Shown piece by piece: positions 18,658 to 28,178 of a stretch of DNA of 33,347 nucleotides (position 1 is its first letter; every line of letters begins with the position of its first letter). Where the stretch lies: the NCBI GenBank assembly GCA_044866005.1, contig JBIOTN010000173.1:1-33347 (forward strand), in the 5' to 3' direction. The notes below the pieces were generated by a model, which did no database searches, was not told the DNA's origin, and saw nothing but the letters and a program-made list of their open reading frames with translations. A program made the translations under genes and the position numbers. Source of the stretch: Candidatus Rokuibacteriota bacterium (GTDB taxonomy: Bacteria > Methylomirabilota > Methylomirabilia > Rokubacteriales > DASRDR01).

Positions 18658-19221
18658 TCAGCTCGTCTCCAGGCCGACCAGCACGGCGGCGGGACCGCGG
18701 CGCTCGCGGCTCAGCCGGTAGTACTCGGCGATCCGGTGGACGTCGCCCGGTCCCTCGAGCCGCGCGTGCGGGACGCCGAAGGTGTCGAGCAGCGGCTCGC
18801 AGTACCGGACCATCGAGTGACGGGAGTCGCGCGGGTCCCGGTCCTTCTCGCGCCCCAGCAGCCCGATCAGGTAGAAGGTCGGCACCCGGCCGTCGAGCGC
18901 GACGCCGCGGAGCGTGTTCACCGACGCGTAGAGCCCGGCGTGCTGGATCATGAGCACGACCGGCTCGCCGCCGATGTAGAGCCCGGCGGCGATCGCGTTC
19001 GCCTCGTCCTCGGTCGCGCAGGTGAGGACGCGGATGGCCCGCTCCTTGTCGAGCGCGGCCAGGACGCTCCGCTGGTGCGTGTCCGGGACGCTCAGTACCC
19101 AGCCCAGCGGCTCGGCGCTCGACGCCGCGCGCGGCGCCGCCGCGGCGAGGGCCGCGCGCGCGTCGCGAAAGGTCTCCTTCAGCGCCTCCACGATCAAGGA
19201 TGCGGGAATGGATTCCGGCAC
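18658..19221 (-). CDS. ThDP-dependent decarboxylase alpha subunit (ComD-like)
   Basis: SVPD, TEDEANAIAAGLYIGG, LMIQHAG, LLDTFGVP. Abuts the beta subunit gene. Confidence 0.8.
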   Translation of the reverse strand: MPESIPASLIVEALKETFRDARAALAAAAPRAASSAEPLGWVLSVPDTHQRSVLAALDKERAIRVLTCATEDEANAIAAGLYIGGEPVVLMIQHAGLYASVNTLRGVALDGRVPTFYLIGLLGREKDRDPRDSRHSMVRYCEPLLDTFGVPHARLEGPGDVHRIAEYYRLSRERRGPAAVLVGLETS

Positions 19222-19280
19222 GAGGCCTCCGTCGAATCAGGGTATGCTAGACCGACCGGACCCGCAAGAAAGGAGTCTCG

Positions 19281-19955
19281 ATGCGCCAGGGCGTGTTCGC
19301 AGCGATGGTGCTCCTCCTCGCCGGCGCGGCCCCGGCCGCGGCCGCCGATCTGGACGTGCGGAGCGACGAGCAGAAGACGCTCTACGCGCTCGGCCTTCTG
19401 CTCAGCCAGAGCCTGTCGGCCTTCCGCCTCAGCGAGGCGGAGCTCGAGCTGGTGAAGGCCGGGCTCACCGACGGAATCCTGCACAAGCCGCCGCGTGTGG
19501 ACGTCCAGGCCTTCGGGCCGAAGGTCCGGGAGCTCCAGCAGGCCCGGCTCGCCGCCACGGCGGCGATCGAGAAGAAGGCCGGCCAGGCCTTCCTCGACAA
19601 GGCGGCCGCGGAGAAGGGCGCGACGAAGACGGGCTCGGGCCTGATCATCACGACGATCAAGCCGGGCACCGGCCCCTCGCCCAAGGCGACCGACCAGGTG
19701 AAGGTCCATTACCACGGCACGCTGATCGACGGCAGCGTGTTCGACAGCTCCGTCCAGCGCGGCGAGCCCACCACGCTGGCGCTCGGCCGGGTCATCCCCT
19801 GCTGGACCGAGGGCCTGCAGCTCATGAAGGTCGGCGGCAAGAGCCGGCTCGTCTGTCCGCCGGCCCTGGCCTACGGCGACCGCGGCGCGCCGCCGGCGAT
19901 CAAGCCGGGCGCGACGCTGGTCTTCGAGGTGGAGCTCCTCGACATCGTGAAGTAG
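19281..19955 (+). CDS. FKBP-type peptidyl-prolyl cis-trans isomerase (FkpA/Mip-like), exported
   Basis: Signal peptide, YALG N-domain, [39 protein letters not shown]. Confidence 0.95.
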   Translation: MRQGVFAAMVLLLAGAAPAAAADLDVRSDEQKTLYALGLLLSQSLSAFRLSEAELELVKAGLTDGILHKPPRVDVQAFGPKVRELQQARLAATAAIEKKAGQAFLDKAAAEKGATKTGSGLIITTIKPGTGPSPKATDQVKVHYHGTLIDGSVFDSSVQRGEPTTLALGRVIPCWTEGLQLMKVGGKSRLVCPPALAYGDRGAPPAIKPGATLVFEVELLDIVK

Positions 19956-19957
19956 CC

Positions 19958-20692
19958 GTGGCCGAGCCCCGGCCCGTCCTCGACCACATCGCGATCGCGG
20001 CCGCGCGCATCGCCGACGCGCCGCCCGTGCTGGTGGGAGCCCTGGGCGGCGTGCCGGAGTCGGGCGCGCCGTCCCGGGGATTCAACTGGGGCTGCTGGCG
20101 CTACGCCGGCGGCGGCCGCATCGAGGTGCTCGAGCCCGCGGGCGAGGCGGGCTTCCTCCACCGCTTCCTCGCTCACCGCGGCCCCGGCATCCACCACGTC
20201 ACCTTCCGGGTGCCGAGCCTGCCCGCCGCGTGCCGCCGCGCCGAGGCCCACGGCTACAAGATCGTCGGCTACGACGACTCGCGGCCGGGCTGGGCGGAGG
20301 CCTTCCTGCACCCCAAGCAGGCGCTCGGGATCGTCGTCCAGCTGGCCGAGTCCCGACGCGTGCCGGGCGCGGCGCGCCGGCCCCCGTGGCAGCCGCCCCC
20401 CGGCCCGGCCGATCCGCCACCGCCCGTGAGGATCCTCGGACTTCGCCTGCGCGCGCGCGCCGCGGAGCCGGCGCGGACGCAGTGGGAGACGGTGCTCCTC
20501 GGCGAGGGCTCGGTGGCGGCCGAGGGCGCGCTGGCCTTCCGCTGGCCCGGCTCGCCCATGCGGATCGTGGTGGAGGTGGCGCCCGCCGCCGAGGAAGGGC
20601 CGATCGCGATCGAGTTCGCGAGCGACTGCGCGGTCACGCTGCCCGAGGCGCCGCGTCGGCTCCTCGGCACCGTCTTCGTCCAGTCCGACTAG
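19958..20692 (+). CDS. VOC/glyoxalase-family protein (methylmalonyl-CoA epimerase-like N-domain)
   Basis: LDHIAIA, IEVLEP, FL.HRGPGIHHVTF, FLHPKQALGIVVQLAE. GTG start 2 nt after the FKBP stop. Confidence 0.8.
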   Translation: MAEPRPVLDHIAIAAARIADAPPVLVGALGGVPESGAPSRGFNWGCWRYAGGGRIEVLEPAGEAGFLHRFLAHRGPGIHHVTFRVPSLPAACRRAEAHGYKIVGYDDSRPGWAEAFLHPKQALGIVVQLAESRRVPGAARRPPWQPPPGPADPPPPVRILGLRLRARAAEPARTQWETVLLGEGSVAAEGALAFRWPGSPMRIVVEVAPAAEEGPIAIEFASDCAVTLPEAPRRLLGTVFVQSD

Positions 20693-20760
20693 CGGTCATC
20701 TCGCGACCCGCCACCCCGGGTCCTGTCGCCGCCGGCGCCACCCGGGGTGGCGGATCGCGC

Positions 20761-21105
20761 TCAGGCCGCCGCGATGGCGACGATCTCGACCAGGTACTGC
20801 GGGCGCGCGAGCTTGGCCTGCACGGTGGCCCGCGCCGGCGTCCCATCACGCACCACCCAGGTCTCCCACGCGGCGTTCATCTCGTCGAAGGTGGCGATGT
20901 CCGCGAGATAGACGGTGGCCGCGACGAGCTTCGACTTGTCACTGCCGAAGTGCTTGAGGAGACCGTCGATCTTCCGGAGAATCTGCTCGGTCTGGCCTTT
21001 GACCGACGGCGTGCTGTCGTCCACCTGGCCCGCGATGTAGATGGTGTCGCCGTGCCGCACGGCCTGGCTCAGCCGCGGCCCCGTGCCCTGACGCTGGATG
21101 GCCAT
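20761..21105 (-). CDS. RidA/YjgF-family protein (YoaB-like)
   Basis: RLSQAVRHGDTIYIAGQV, QTEQIL, FDEMNAAWETW, PARATV, LVEI. Confidence 0.93.
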   Translation of the reverse strand: MAIQRQGTGPRLSQAVRHGDTIYIAGQVDDSTPSVKGQTEQILRKIDGLLKHFGSDKSKLVAATVYLADIATFDEMNAAWETWVVRDGTPARATVQAKLARPQYLVEIVAIAAA

Positions 21106-21294
21106 CGCCGCTCGTCCTTTCTCGTTGGAGTGGTGGTCCAGCCGACGCGAAGCTCGGCAGCATGATACCCCGCCTCCCCTCGCGTGCGGCGAGTCACCCC
21201 CCGAGGCCGACCGCGGTCGGTGCCGGCGCGGTTGGGCCCGCCGGCGGGCCGTGCTAGACTCGTTCGGAACATCACCCTTGCCAGCGAGGACGCC

Positions 21295-22359
21295 ATGACC
21301 GACGCCATCCGGATCACGCGGGCGACCGCCAGGAAGCCGAAGCCGAAAGACCACGAGCTCGGCTTCGGCACCGTCTTCACCGACCACATGTTCGTGGCGG
21401 ACTTCCAGGAGGAGAAGGGCTGGTACGACCCGCGGATCGAGCCCTACGGCCCGCTCCCGCTGGACCCCGCCACCGCCGTGCTCCACTACGCCCAGGCCAT
21501 CTTCGAGGGGCTCAAGGCGTTCCGGGGCGCGGACGGCGCCGTGCGCCTGTTCCGGCCCCAGAAGCACATCGAGCGGTTGAACGGCTCGGCGAAGCGCCTC
21601 TGCATCCCCCCCGTCGATCCGGACTTCGCCCTGCGGTCGCTGGTGGAGCTGGTCCGGCTCGAGCGCGAGTGGGTCCCCGCGAGCGTGGGGACGGCGCTCT
21701 ACGTCCGGCCGGTCATCATCGCCTCGGAGCCCTTCCTCGGGGTCCGGCCGTCGAAGTCGTACCTCTACTACGTCATCCTCTCGCCCGTCGGGGCCTACTA
21801 CCCCGAAGGGCTGAACCCCGTGAAGATCCGGGTCGAGGACCGGCACGTCCGCGCCATCCCGGGCGTCGGCGCCGCCAAGACCGGCGGCAACTACGCGGCG
21901 AGCCTCCTGGCGGCGGAGGAGGCCCACCACGCCGGCTTCACGCAGGTGCTCTGGCTCGACGCCCGCGAGCGGAAGTACGTCGAAGAGGTCGGGACCATGA
22001 ACATCATGTTCCGCCTCGGCGACGAGGTCGTCACGCCGCCGCTCGGCGGCACGATCCTGCCCGGCGTCACGCGGGACTCGGCGCTCGTCCTCTTGCGCGA
22101 GTGGGGGCTCGAGGTCGCCGAGCGGCCGATCACGGTGGACGAGGTGATCGGCGCCGCCCGGAGCGGCGCGCTCCGCGAGGCCTGGGGCACCGGCACGGCC
22201 GCCGTCATCTCGCCGGTCGGCGAGCTCGCCTACAAGGGCGAGCGCGTGGTGATCCACGGCGGGAAGATCGGCGAGCTGACCGATCGGCTGTACCGGGCGA
22301 TCGTGGACGTCCAGTACGCGCGAGTCCCGGACACGCGCGGCTGGACCGTGACGGTCTAG
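21295..22359 (+). CDS. ilvE: Branched-chain amino acid aminotransferase
   Basis: FGTVFTDHM, LHYAQAIFEGLKA, LYVRP, AKTGGNYA (PLP lysine), EEVGTMN, ILPGVTRDS, GTAAVISPV. Confidence 0.96.
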   Translation: MTDAIRITRATARKPKPKDHELGFGTVFTDHMFVADFQEEKGWYDPRIEPYGPLPLDPATAVLHYAQAIFEGLKAFRGADGAVRLFRPQKHIERLNGSAKRLCIPPVDPDFALRSLVELVRLEREWVPASVGTALYVRPVIIASEPFLGVRPSKSYLYYVILSPVGAYYPEGLNPVKIRVEDRHVRAIPGVGAAKTGGNYAASLLAAEEAHHAGFTQVLWLDARERKYVEEVGTMNIMFRLGDEVVTPPLGGTILPGVTRDSALVLLREWGLEVAERPITVDEVIGAARSGALREAWGTGTAAVISPVGELAYKGERVVIHGGKIGELTDRLYRAIVDVQYARVPDTRGWTVTV

Positions 22360-24569
22360 TCGGCGGGGGGGTCTCGGAAGACCCCCGATCCCCCCCTCGT
22401 TGCGGCGGCAACGCCGCCGCTCGGAGACTGCGCCTCACCGGTCGCCGGGGACCCGCGCGGCGACCGGCCGCGGCGCTCCAGGGCGGCCAGGCACGCCTCG
22501 AGCCGGCCCGCGTCGCCCGGCGCCAGGTCGGCCCCGCCGAACCGCCACCGCTCGTACGCGCCGGTCACGTGCGCGAAGGGGTCGGCCCAGGGGGGCGCCG
22601 TCTCACCGACGCGCCGGGAAAATTCCCGCGCCGTCTCGTGGAGGGCCGGCCGGAGCCCGCGCCGCGCCACGGCGCGGAGCGCGCGGTCGTAGGACCGGGA
22701 CGCCGCCGGACGGAGCCCGCGCCGCGCCACCGCGCGCCAGGCGCGCTCGTAGAGCCGCAGCGTCCGCCCCCCCGCCTTCGGAGCCTGACCGCCCGGCCCC
22801 CGGCGCCGGCTCCAGGCCGCGAGCCCGACCACGAGGACGAAGAGCGCCACGACGGCGGGCCGCGCGAGCGCCTCCCAGTCGGCCGCCGTCATCCGCGAGG
22901 GCCGCCACGCGAGCGCCTCGCGTCGGATCGCGCTCGCCGCCGAGACCTGGTCGCGCAGGCTCCAGTTGACGACGTAGCGGTACCAGCGCATCCGCAGGGC
23001 GTCGAGGTAGAGCGCCACCGGACCGTACGCCGCGCCGGCATCGAGCGCGGCGCGGGGCGAGGGATCGAAGGTCGTCCAGCCCGCCCCGCCGACCCCGGCC
23101 TCGACCCAGGAGTGGGCGTCCCGCAGGCGGACCATGAAGTAGCGGCCGTAGGGGTTCCACTCGCCGCGCTGAAAGCCGTTCACGACCCGCGCCGGGATCC
23201 CGAGGCTCCGCAGCATGACCGCGAGCGAAGCGGCGAAGTACTCGCAGTTTCCCGCGCGGCGGACGAAGAGGAACTCCTCGATCGGGTCGAGCGCGGGGTC
23301 GTGCGCGAGCCTCAGCGTGTAGCGATAGCTCCGCGAGAGGAAGTCGGTGAGCCGGCGCGCCGCCTCGTAGGCGTCGCGGCTGCCCGCCGTCACCTCGCGC
23401 GCGAGCGCGTGAACGCGGGCGGGGAGCGGGGGTAGCTGGACGTAGCGCGGCAGCCGGTGGTCGTCCGTGCCGACCGGCGCGCTGCGGAGCGGGGCGTCCC
23501 GCGGCTGCGCCCCCTCCAGCTCCGACTCGACCGTGTAGCTCACCCGCATGGCTGGCGCGCCGAGCGAGACCCCGCCCATCTGGTCGAGCTCGACCGGCGG
23601 CCCGCGGAGCCAGAGCCGCAGGACGCGCGGCGCGGCGAAGAGCACGCGGGTGCCGAGCGGCTCCAGGTAGATCTCCTGGACGAGGATCCGGCCGGTGCCT
23701 CGCGGCGCGCTCACGGGGAAGTCGCCGTTGCCCGAGCGCGAGAGGGGCCGGCGCTCGGGCTCGCGAGCGGTCCAGGCCCGGCCATCGAACTCGTCGAGCG
23801 CGATGCCCCGCCAGCGCAGGTTGGGGAGCCGCTCGGGGTTCCGCACCCACTCCGGCACGTGGACCCGCATCACCACGGTCGCGTCGGTCTCGATCTCTCC
23901 GTAGGCCCCCAGCTCCACGCGGTCCGAGAACCCCGTGACGAGCGGCGCCAGGCGGGCCCGGAGCGGGAGCGCGGCGAGGCCGACGCGCGGGATCAGGAAG
24001 AAGAGGCCGCCCGTGATGGCGAGCGCGCCGAGCCACGCGCCCAGCACGAGCACGACCAGCGCGCGGGTCGGGACGCGCGGTGGCGGGCCGCCGGCGCTCG
24101 CGCCCGCCTCGGCGGCCCCAAGGAACTGCTGGAGGAGCAGGAGCCACGGCGCGAGCCCGAGGAACGCGACGACCACGAAGAGGTAGCTCACGCCGAACGC
24201 CGACGACGAGGCGGCGACGAGCATGAAGAAGGCGAGGAACCCGACGGTGCGGCTGTCCCGGACGGTCTGGAGCGTGAAGAGCTTGTACACCGCGAGGAAG
24301 AGGAGCAGGCGGACCAGCGCGTCCAGCACCGCGCCGGCCAGGTACGCGAGGTCGAGCGCGGAGGCCGCCGCCGCGGCTCCCACCAGGGCCCGGCCGAACG
24401 CCGGCCGCGCGTTCACACGCGGCCGGATCCGCTGGTAGGCGAGGCTCGCGGCGAGGCTCGCCGCGAGGAGGCCCGCGCCGAGCGGCCCGATGAACTCGGC
24501 GAGGTAGAGCGCGACGATCCCGTCGGCGACGGCGAGATAGAGGACGACGCGGAGAACGGTCGGGATCAC
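22356..24569 (-). CDS. Membrane transglutaminase-like protein (TgpA/DUF3488-TGase-DUF4129)
   Basis: N-terminal transmembrane helices, FFLIPR, TGFSDRVELG, LRWRG, triad GNCEYFA / AHSWVE / FDP, HETAREF C-domain. GTG 24569 overlaps the DUF58 stop. Confidence 0.9.
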   Translation of the reverse strand: MIPTVLRVVLYLAVADGIVALYLAEFIGPLGAGLLAASLAASLAYQRIRPRVNARPAFGRALVGAAAAASALDLAYLAGAVLDALVRLLLFLAVYKLFTLQTVRDSRTVGFLAFFMLVAASSSAFGVSYLFVVVAFLGLAPWLLLLQQFLGAAEAGASAGGPPPRVPTRALVVLVLGAWLGALAITGGLFFLIPRVGLAALPLRARLAPLVTGFSDRVELGAYGEIETDATVVMRVHVPEWVRNPERLPNLRWRGIALDEFDGRAWTAREPERRPLSRSGNGDFPVSAPRGTGRILVQEIYLEPLGTRVLFAAPRVLRLWLRGPPVELDQMGGVSLGAPAMRVSYTVESELEGAQPRDAPLRSAPVGTDDHRLPRYVQLPPLPARVHALAREVTAGSRDAYEAARRLTDFLSRSYRYTLRLAHDPALDPIEEFLFVRRAGNCEYFAASLAVMLRSLGIPARVVNGFQRGEWNPYGRYFMVRLRDAHSWVEAGVGGAGWTTFDPSPRAALDAGAAYGPVALYLDALRMRWYRYVVNWSLRDQVSAASAIRREALAWRPSRMTAADWEALARPAVVALFVLVVGLAAWSRRRGPGGQAPKAGGRTLRLYERAWRAVARRGLRPAASRSYDRALRAVARRGLRPALHETAREFSRRVGETAPPWADPFAHVTGAYERWRFGGADLAPGDAGRLEACLAALERRGRSPRGSPATGEAQSPSGGVAAATRGGSGVFRDPPAD
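22367..22386. terminator. GC-rich hairpin between convergent genes (terminator or REP-like)
   Basis: GGGGGTCT-CGGA-AGACCCCC perfect 8-bp stem just after the ilvE stop. No U tract. Confidence 0.45.
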
Positions 24570-25630
24570 GGCAGCCAGAGCCGGAGCTCGCGCAGCGGCG
24601 CGAAGGGCCGCCCGGCGGGCGGCAGCGACGGCGCGGGCGCCGCCCTGGCGAGTGCGGGATCGGCCGCCGGGTCGTAGAGGGCGAGCGCCGTGAGGAGCGT
24701 TCGCTCCTGGCCGCGGCCCCGCCCGAGCGGGACGAGGATGCCACGGCCCGCCAGCTCGACCGCGGCCCCGCGGCGGAGCAGATGGACCGCGAGCGACGCG
24801 GCCTCGGACAGCCCCGACTCGAGCCGCGCGCGGTCCGCGCCCGGCCCGTCGAGGACGAGCCGCATGTCGAGCGCGGCTTCGTCCTCGAGCTCTCGCACCG
24901 TCAGGGCCGAGGCCTTCGCGCTCGACCGCCAGTGGATCAGCCGCGGGTCGTCGCCCGGCCGGTACTGGCGGAGGTTGTAGAGGTCGTGGCCGCGGCCGCG
25001 CCGGCGCCTCGCCGTCTCCCCGTCCCCGCCGGCCCGACGGAGGAGCTCGGGCGACACCGGGCCGACCGCGGGGAAGACGACGACCTCGGCGTCCAGCAGG
25101 ACCGGGCCCGTCTTCACGGCCAGCCCGAAGGGGAAGCGGGTCTTGACCCGCACGCCGGGCAGACGCCGCCGCCCGCGCGCGGGCAGCGTGGCCTCCCACG
25201 TGAGCAGGCGCTCGGCGCCGGGCTCCAGCCGCGACACCCGCAGGCAGCGCGCCGGGGCCGGGGCGCGGCGTCCCCGGACCGGCGCGTCCAGGACGTCGAC
25301 CTCGAGCAGGTAGGAGCTCCGCCAGCGCTTCTCGTTCGTGAGGCGGGCGCCGAAGAGCGCCGGCCGGCCCGCGTAGATCTCCTCCGGGAAGATGGGCGCG
25401 AGCGTCACGCCGCGCATCGTCTGCTCGGAGAGGACGCCGGAGACCACGATGAGCGCGAGCAGCATGGCGTAGAGCAGATAGACGAGGTTGTTCCCCGTGT
25501 TGGCCGCCGCCAAGCCGAGACCGATCACCGCGAACAGAAACCACCACCCGTCGCGGGTCGGGCGGGCCCGCCACCGCGGCCCGAGCCGCCGCCACCAGCG
25601 GCGACGGGCATCCGGGCGGGACCGGCTCAT
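24566..25630 (-). CDS. DUF58 domain protein
   Basis: AAANTGNNLVYLL, TRFPFGL, LRQYRPGDDPRLIHWRSSAK, VRELE. Confidence 0.92.
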   Translation of the reverse strand: MSRSRPDARRRWWRRLGPRWRARPTRDGWWFLFAVIGLGLAAANTGNNLVYLLYAMLLALIVVSGVLSEQTMRGVTLAPIFPEEIYAGRPALFGARLTNEKRWRSSYLLEVDVLDAPVRGRRAPAPARCLRVSRLEPGAERLLTWEATLPARGRRRLPGVRVKTRFPFGLAVKTGPVLLDAEVVVFPAVGPVSPELLRRAGGDGETARRRRGRGHDLYNLRQYRPGDDPRLIHWRSSAKASALTVRELEDEAALDMRLVLDGPGADRARLESGLSEAASLAVHLLRRGAAVELAGRGILVPLGRGRGQERTLLTALALYDPAADPALARAAPAPSLPPAGRPFAPLRELRLWLP

Positions 25631-26562
25631 CGGGGGACCGGGGTGTCCTGCAGGATGGTCCGGATCACCGACTCGGCCATGGCGGCGGCCGCATCCGCCG
25701 TCTCGCCGCGTGCCAGGACGCGGTGGGCGAGGGCCGGCACGGCCAGCGACTTCACGTCGTCGGGGACCAGGTAGTCGCGCCCGTCGGTCAGCGCCTGGGC
25801 CCGCGCGGCGCGGAGCAAGGCCAGGGACCCGCGGGGGCTCACGCCGAGGGCGAGGAGCGGGGACCGTCGCGTCGCGGCCACGAGCGCCATCAGGTAGTCG
25901 AGCACGGCGTCGTCCGCACGCACGCGATCGGCCGCGTCCTGGAGCACCAGGACGTCCGCCGTGGCGAGCACCGGCTCGAGCGACTCCAGGGCCGGCGCCG
26001 CCGCCCCGCGCAGGATCACCTTCTCGTCCGCCGGGCCGGGATAGCCGATGCGGATCCGGAGGAGGAAGCGGTCGAGCTGCGACTCGGGGAGCGGGTACGT
26101 CCCCTCGTACTCCCGCGGGTTCTGGGTCGCCAGCACCATGAACGGCCGCGGCAGCGGGTACGTGGAGTGGTCCAGCGAGACCTGGGCCTCGTTCATCGCC
26201 TCGAGCAGGCTCGACTGGGTCTTCGGCGTCGTGCGGTTGATCTCGTCGGCGAGCACGATGTTGGTGAAGAGCGGGCCCGGCTTGAAGATGAACTCGCCCC
26301 GCTCCGGCTGGTAGATGGAGACGCCGAGGACGTCGGACGGGAGCATGTCGGACGTGAACTGGATGCGCTGGAAGCCGGCGCCGATGGAGCGCGCCAGTGC
26401 CGCGGCGAGCGTGGTCTTGCCGACGCCGGGCACGTCCTCGATGAGGAGGTGGCCGCGCGCCAGGAGGCCGACGACCGCGAGCCGCACGACTTCAGGCTTG
26501 CCGACGAGCGCGCGGCCGACGTTGTCCTCGAGCCGGCGGATCAGGGGAAGCCCCGGGACCAT
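25627..26562 (-). CDS. moxR: MoxR-family AAA+ ATPase
   Basis: GHLLIEDVPGVGKT, RIQFTSDMLPSD, LADEINR, ATQNP, YPLPESQLDRF, GVSPRG. ATG 26571 is an alternative start. Confidence 0.95.
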   Translation of the reverse strand: MVPGLPLIRRLEDNVGRALVGKPEVVRLAVVGLLARGHLLIEDVPGVGKTTLAAALARSIGAGFQRIQFTSDMLPSDVLGVSIYQPERGEFIFKPGPLFTNIVLADEINRTTPKTQSSLLEAMNEAQVSLDHSTYPLPRPFMVLATQNPREYEGTYPLPESQLDRFLLRIRIGYPGPADEKVILRGAAAPALESLEPVLATADVLVLQDAADRVRADDAVLDYLMALVAATRRSPLLALGVSPRGSLALLRAARAQALTDGRDYLVPDDVKSLAVPALAHRVLARGETADAAAAMAESVIRTILQDTPVPR

Positions 26563-26650
26563 GGGGACCATACTACACGCCCGGTGCGCGTTCCCGTTCG
26601 AACCGGCGCCCGGGCGGCGAGGTCGGCCCTCCCAAATGGGAAGGCGCGGC

Positions 26651-28081
26651 TCAGCGCGGGACGATGGGCGGAATCCGGTCGGCCCACGGCGCCGCGGCCT
26701 CGAATGCCGCGGCCGCCCGCAGCACGGCGGCCTCCTGTCGCCGGCGCCCCACGATCTGGAGGCCGACCGGGAGCCCGCGACGGGTAAAGCCGCACGGGAC
26801 CGAGATGGCCGGCAGCCCCGTGACCGTGATCCCGTAGGTGAGGAACGCCCAGTGGATGTAGCTGTCGAGGGGCTTCCCGTTGATCGCGGTCGGATAGGGC
26901 TGCTCGACCGGGAACGGCGGCACCGCGGTCGTCGGCAGGATCAGGAGGTCGTGGCGTTCCATGAAGCGCCGGACCCGGTGCCAGAGGACGGTGCGGAGCT
27001 TTTCCCCCCGCCCGATGGCTTCGGGGGTCAGCGTCAGGCCCTGCTCGATGTTCCAGACGAGGCCCTTCTGCATCTCGGCCTTCCACCGCGGCAGCTTGTC
27101 CGCGTGAAGGGCGACCATGCTGAGCCCGCGGGTCGCGCGCACGATCTCGGGCACCTCGCCGAAGTCCGGGCAGGCCGTCTCGACGCGCGCCCCCAGCGAC
27201 CGGAAGAGGCGCGTCGCGCCCTCGGCGACGCGTGCGACCTCCCCGTCGACGGGGATCAGGCCGCTCAGGTCCGGCGTCCAGGCGACGCGCCACCCCCGTA
27301 CCGAGGGCGCGCGGACCGCGCGCAGGAACTCCCGCGGGTCCACCGCGTACGAGATGGGCGCCCGGTCGTCCGGCCCGGCGATCACCGAGAGCATGAGCGC
27401 CGTATCCGCCACGGTCCGGGCCATGGGGCCCGAGACGGAGAGGGTGTCCCAGGCCAGCTCGCGGGGGTGGACCGGGACCAGTCCGGCCGTCGTGCGAAAG
27501 CCCACCACGCCGCAGAACGCGGCCGGCATCCGGAGCGAGCCGCCGAGATCCGAGCCCTGCGCCAGCGGTCCCATCCCCGTGGCGAGCGCGACGGCCGCGC
27601 CGCCGCTCGAGCCGCCGCACGTCAGCGCCGGGTCCCACGGGTTGCGGGTCGCACCGAAGACCGCGTTGAAGGTGTTGCCGCCCGCACCGAACTCCGGCGT
27701 GTTGGTCTTGCCCACGACGATCGCGCCCGCCGCCCGGAGGCGCTCCACGACGAGCGCGTCCCCGTCCGGGACGTGGTGCTCGTAGATCCGGGAGCCCCAC
27801 GTCGTGCGGATCCCTTTGGTCGGGGTCAGGTCCTTGATGGAGACGGGGACGCCGTGGAGGGCGCCCAGCCTCCGCCCGCGGCGTGCCAGGGCCGCCGTCG
27901 CGGCGCGCGCCGCGCGGAGCGCGGGCTCCCGCGCGAGCGTCACGTAGGCGTTCAGGCGGGGGTTCAGGGCGTCGATGCGGGCGAAGACGGCTTCCATCAC
28001 CTCGAGCGGGGAGACCTTCCGGGCGCGGTAGAGCCGGCCGAGCTCGGTGGCGGGGATGAAGCAGAGGTCGCGGTCAGCCAT
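26651..28081 (-). CDS. Amidase-signature family amidase
   Basis: GVPVSIKD, GKTNTPEFG, GGSSGG, GSDLGGSLR (Ser-cisSer-Lys triad), GLPVGLQIVG. Confidence 0.95.
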   Translation of the reverse strand: MADRDLCFIPATELGRLYRARKVSPLEVMEAVFARIDALNPRLNAYVTLAREPALRAARAATAALARRGRRLGALHGVPVSIKDLTPTKGIRTTWGSRIYEHHVPDGDALVVERLRAAGAIVVGKTNTPEFGAGGNTFNAVFGATRNPWDPALTCGGSSGGAAVALATGMGPLAQGSDLGGSLRMPAAFCGVVGFRTTAGLVPVHPRELAWDTLSVSGPMARTVADTALMLSVIAGPDDRAPISYAVDPREFLRAVRAPSVRGWRVAWTPDLSGLIPVDGEVARVAEGATRLFRSLGARVETACPDFGEVPEIVRATRGLSMVALHADKLPRWKAEMQKGLVWNIEQGLTLTPEAIGRGEKLRTVLWHRVRRFMERHDLLILPTTAVPPFPVEQPYPTAINGKPLDSYIHWAFLTYGITVTGLPAISVPCGFTRRGLPVGLQIVGRRRQEAAVLRAAAAFEAAAPWADRIPPIVPR

Positions 28082-28086
28082 GGACG

Positions 28087-28178
28087 TCTCAGACTCCGCG
28101 GGCGGTGCGCCAGGACTCGACCAGCAGGCGTCGCCTGTGCGGCGGCGGCATCTCAGAGTCCGCGGGCGGTGCGCCAGG
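28087..28178. repeat. 28-bp direct repeat duplicating the 3' end of the DinB-like gene
   Basis: TCTCAGACTCCGCGGGCGGTGCGCCAGG (28087-28114) versus TCTCAGAGTCCGCGGGCGGTGCGCCAGG (28151-28178), 1 mismatch. Confidence 0.85.

Noticed and set aside
25627..26562. MoxR ATPase as the missing CoxD
   Set aside because: It lies in a MoxR-DUF58-transglutaminase operon ~20 kb from the cox genes with no CoxE-like VWA partner, a well-known separate MoxR context.
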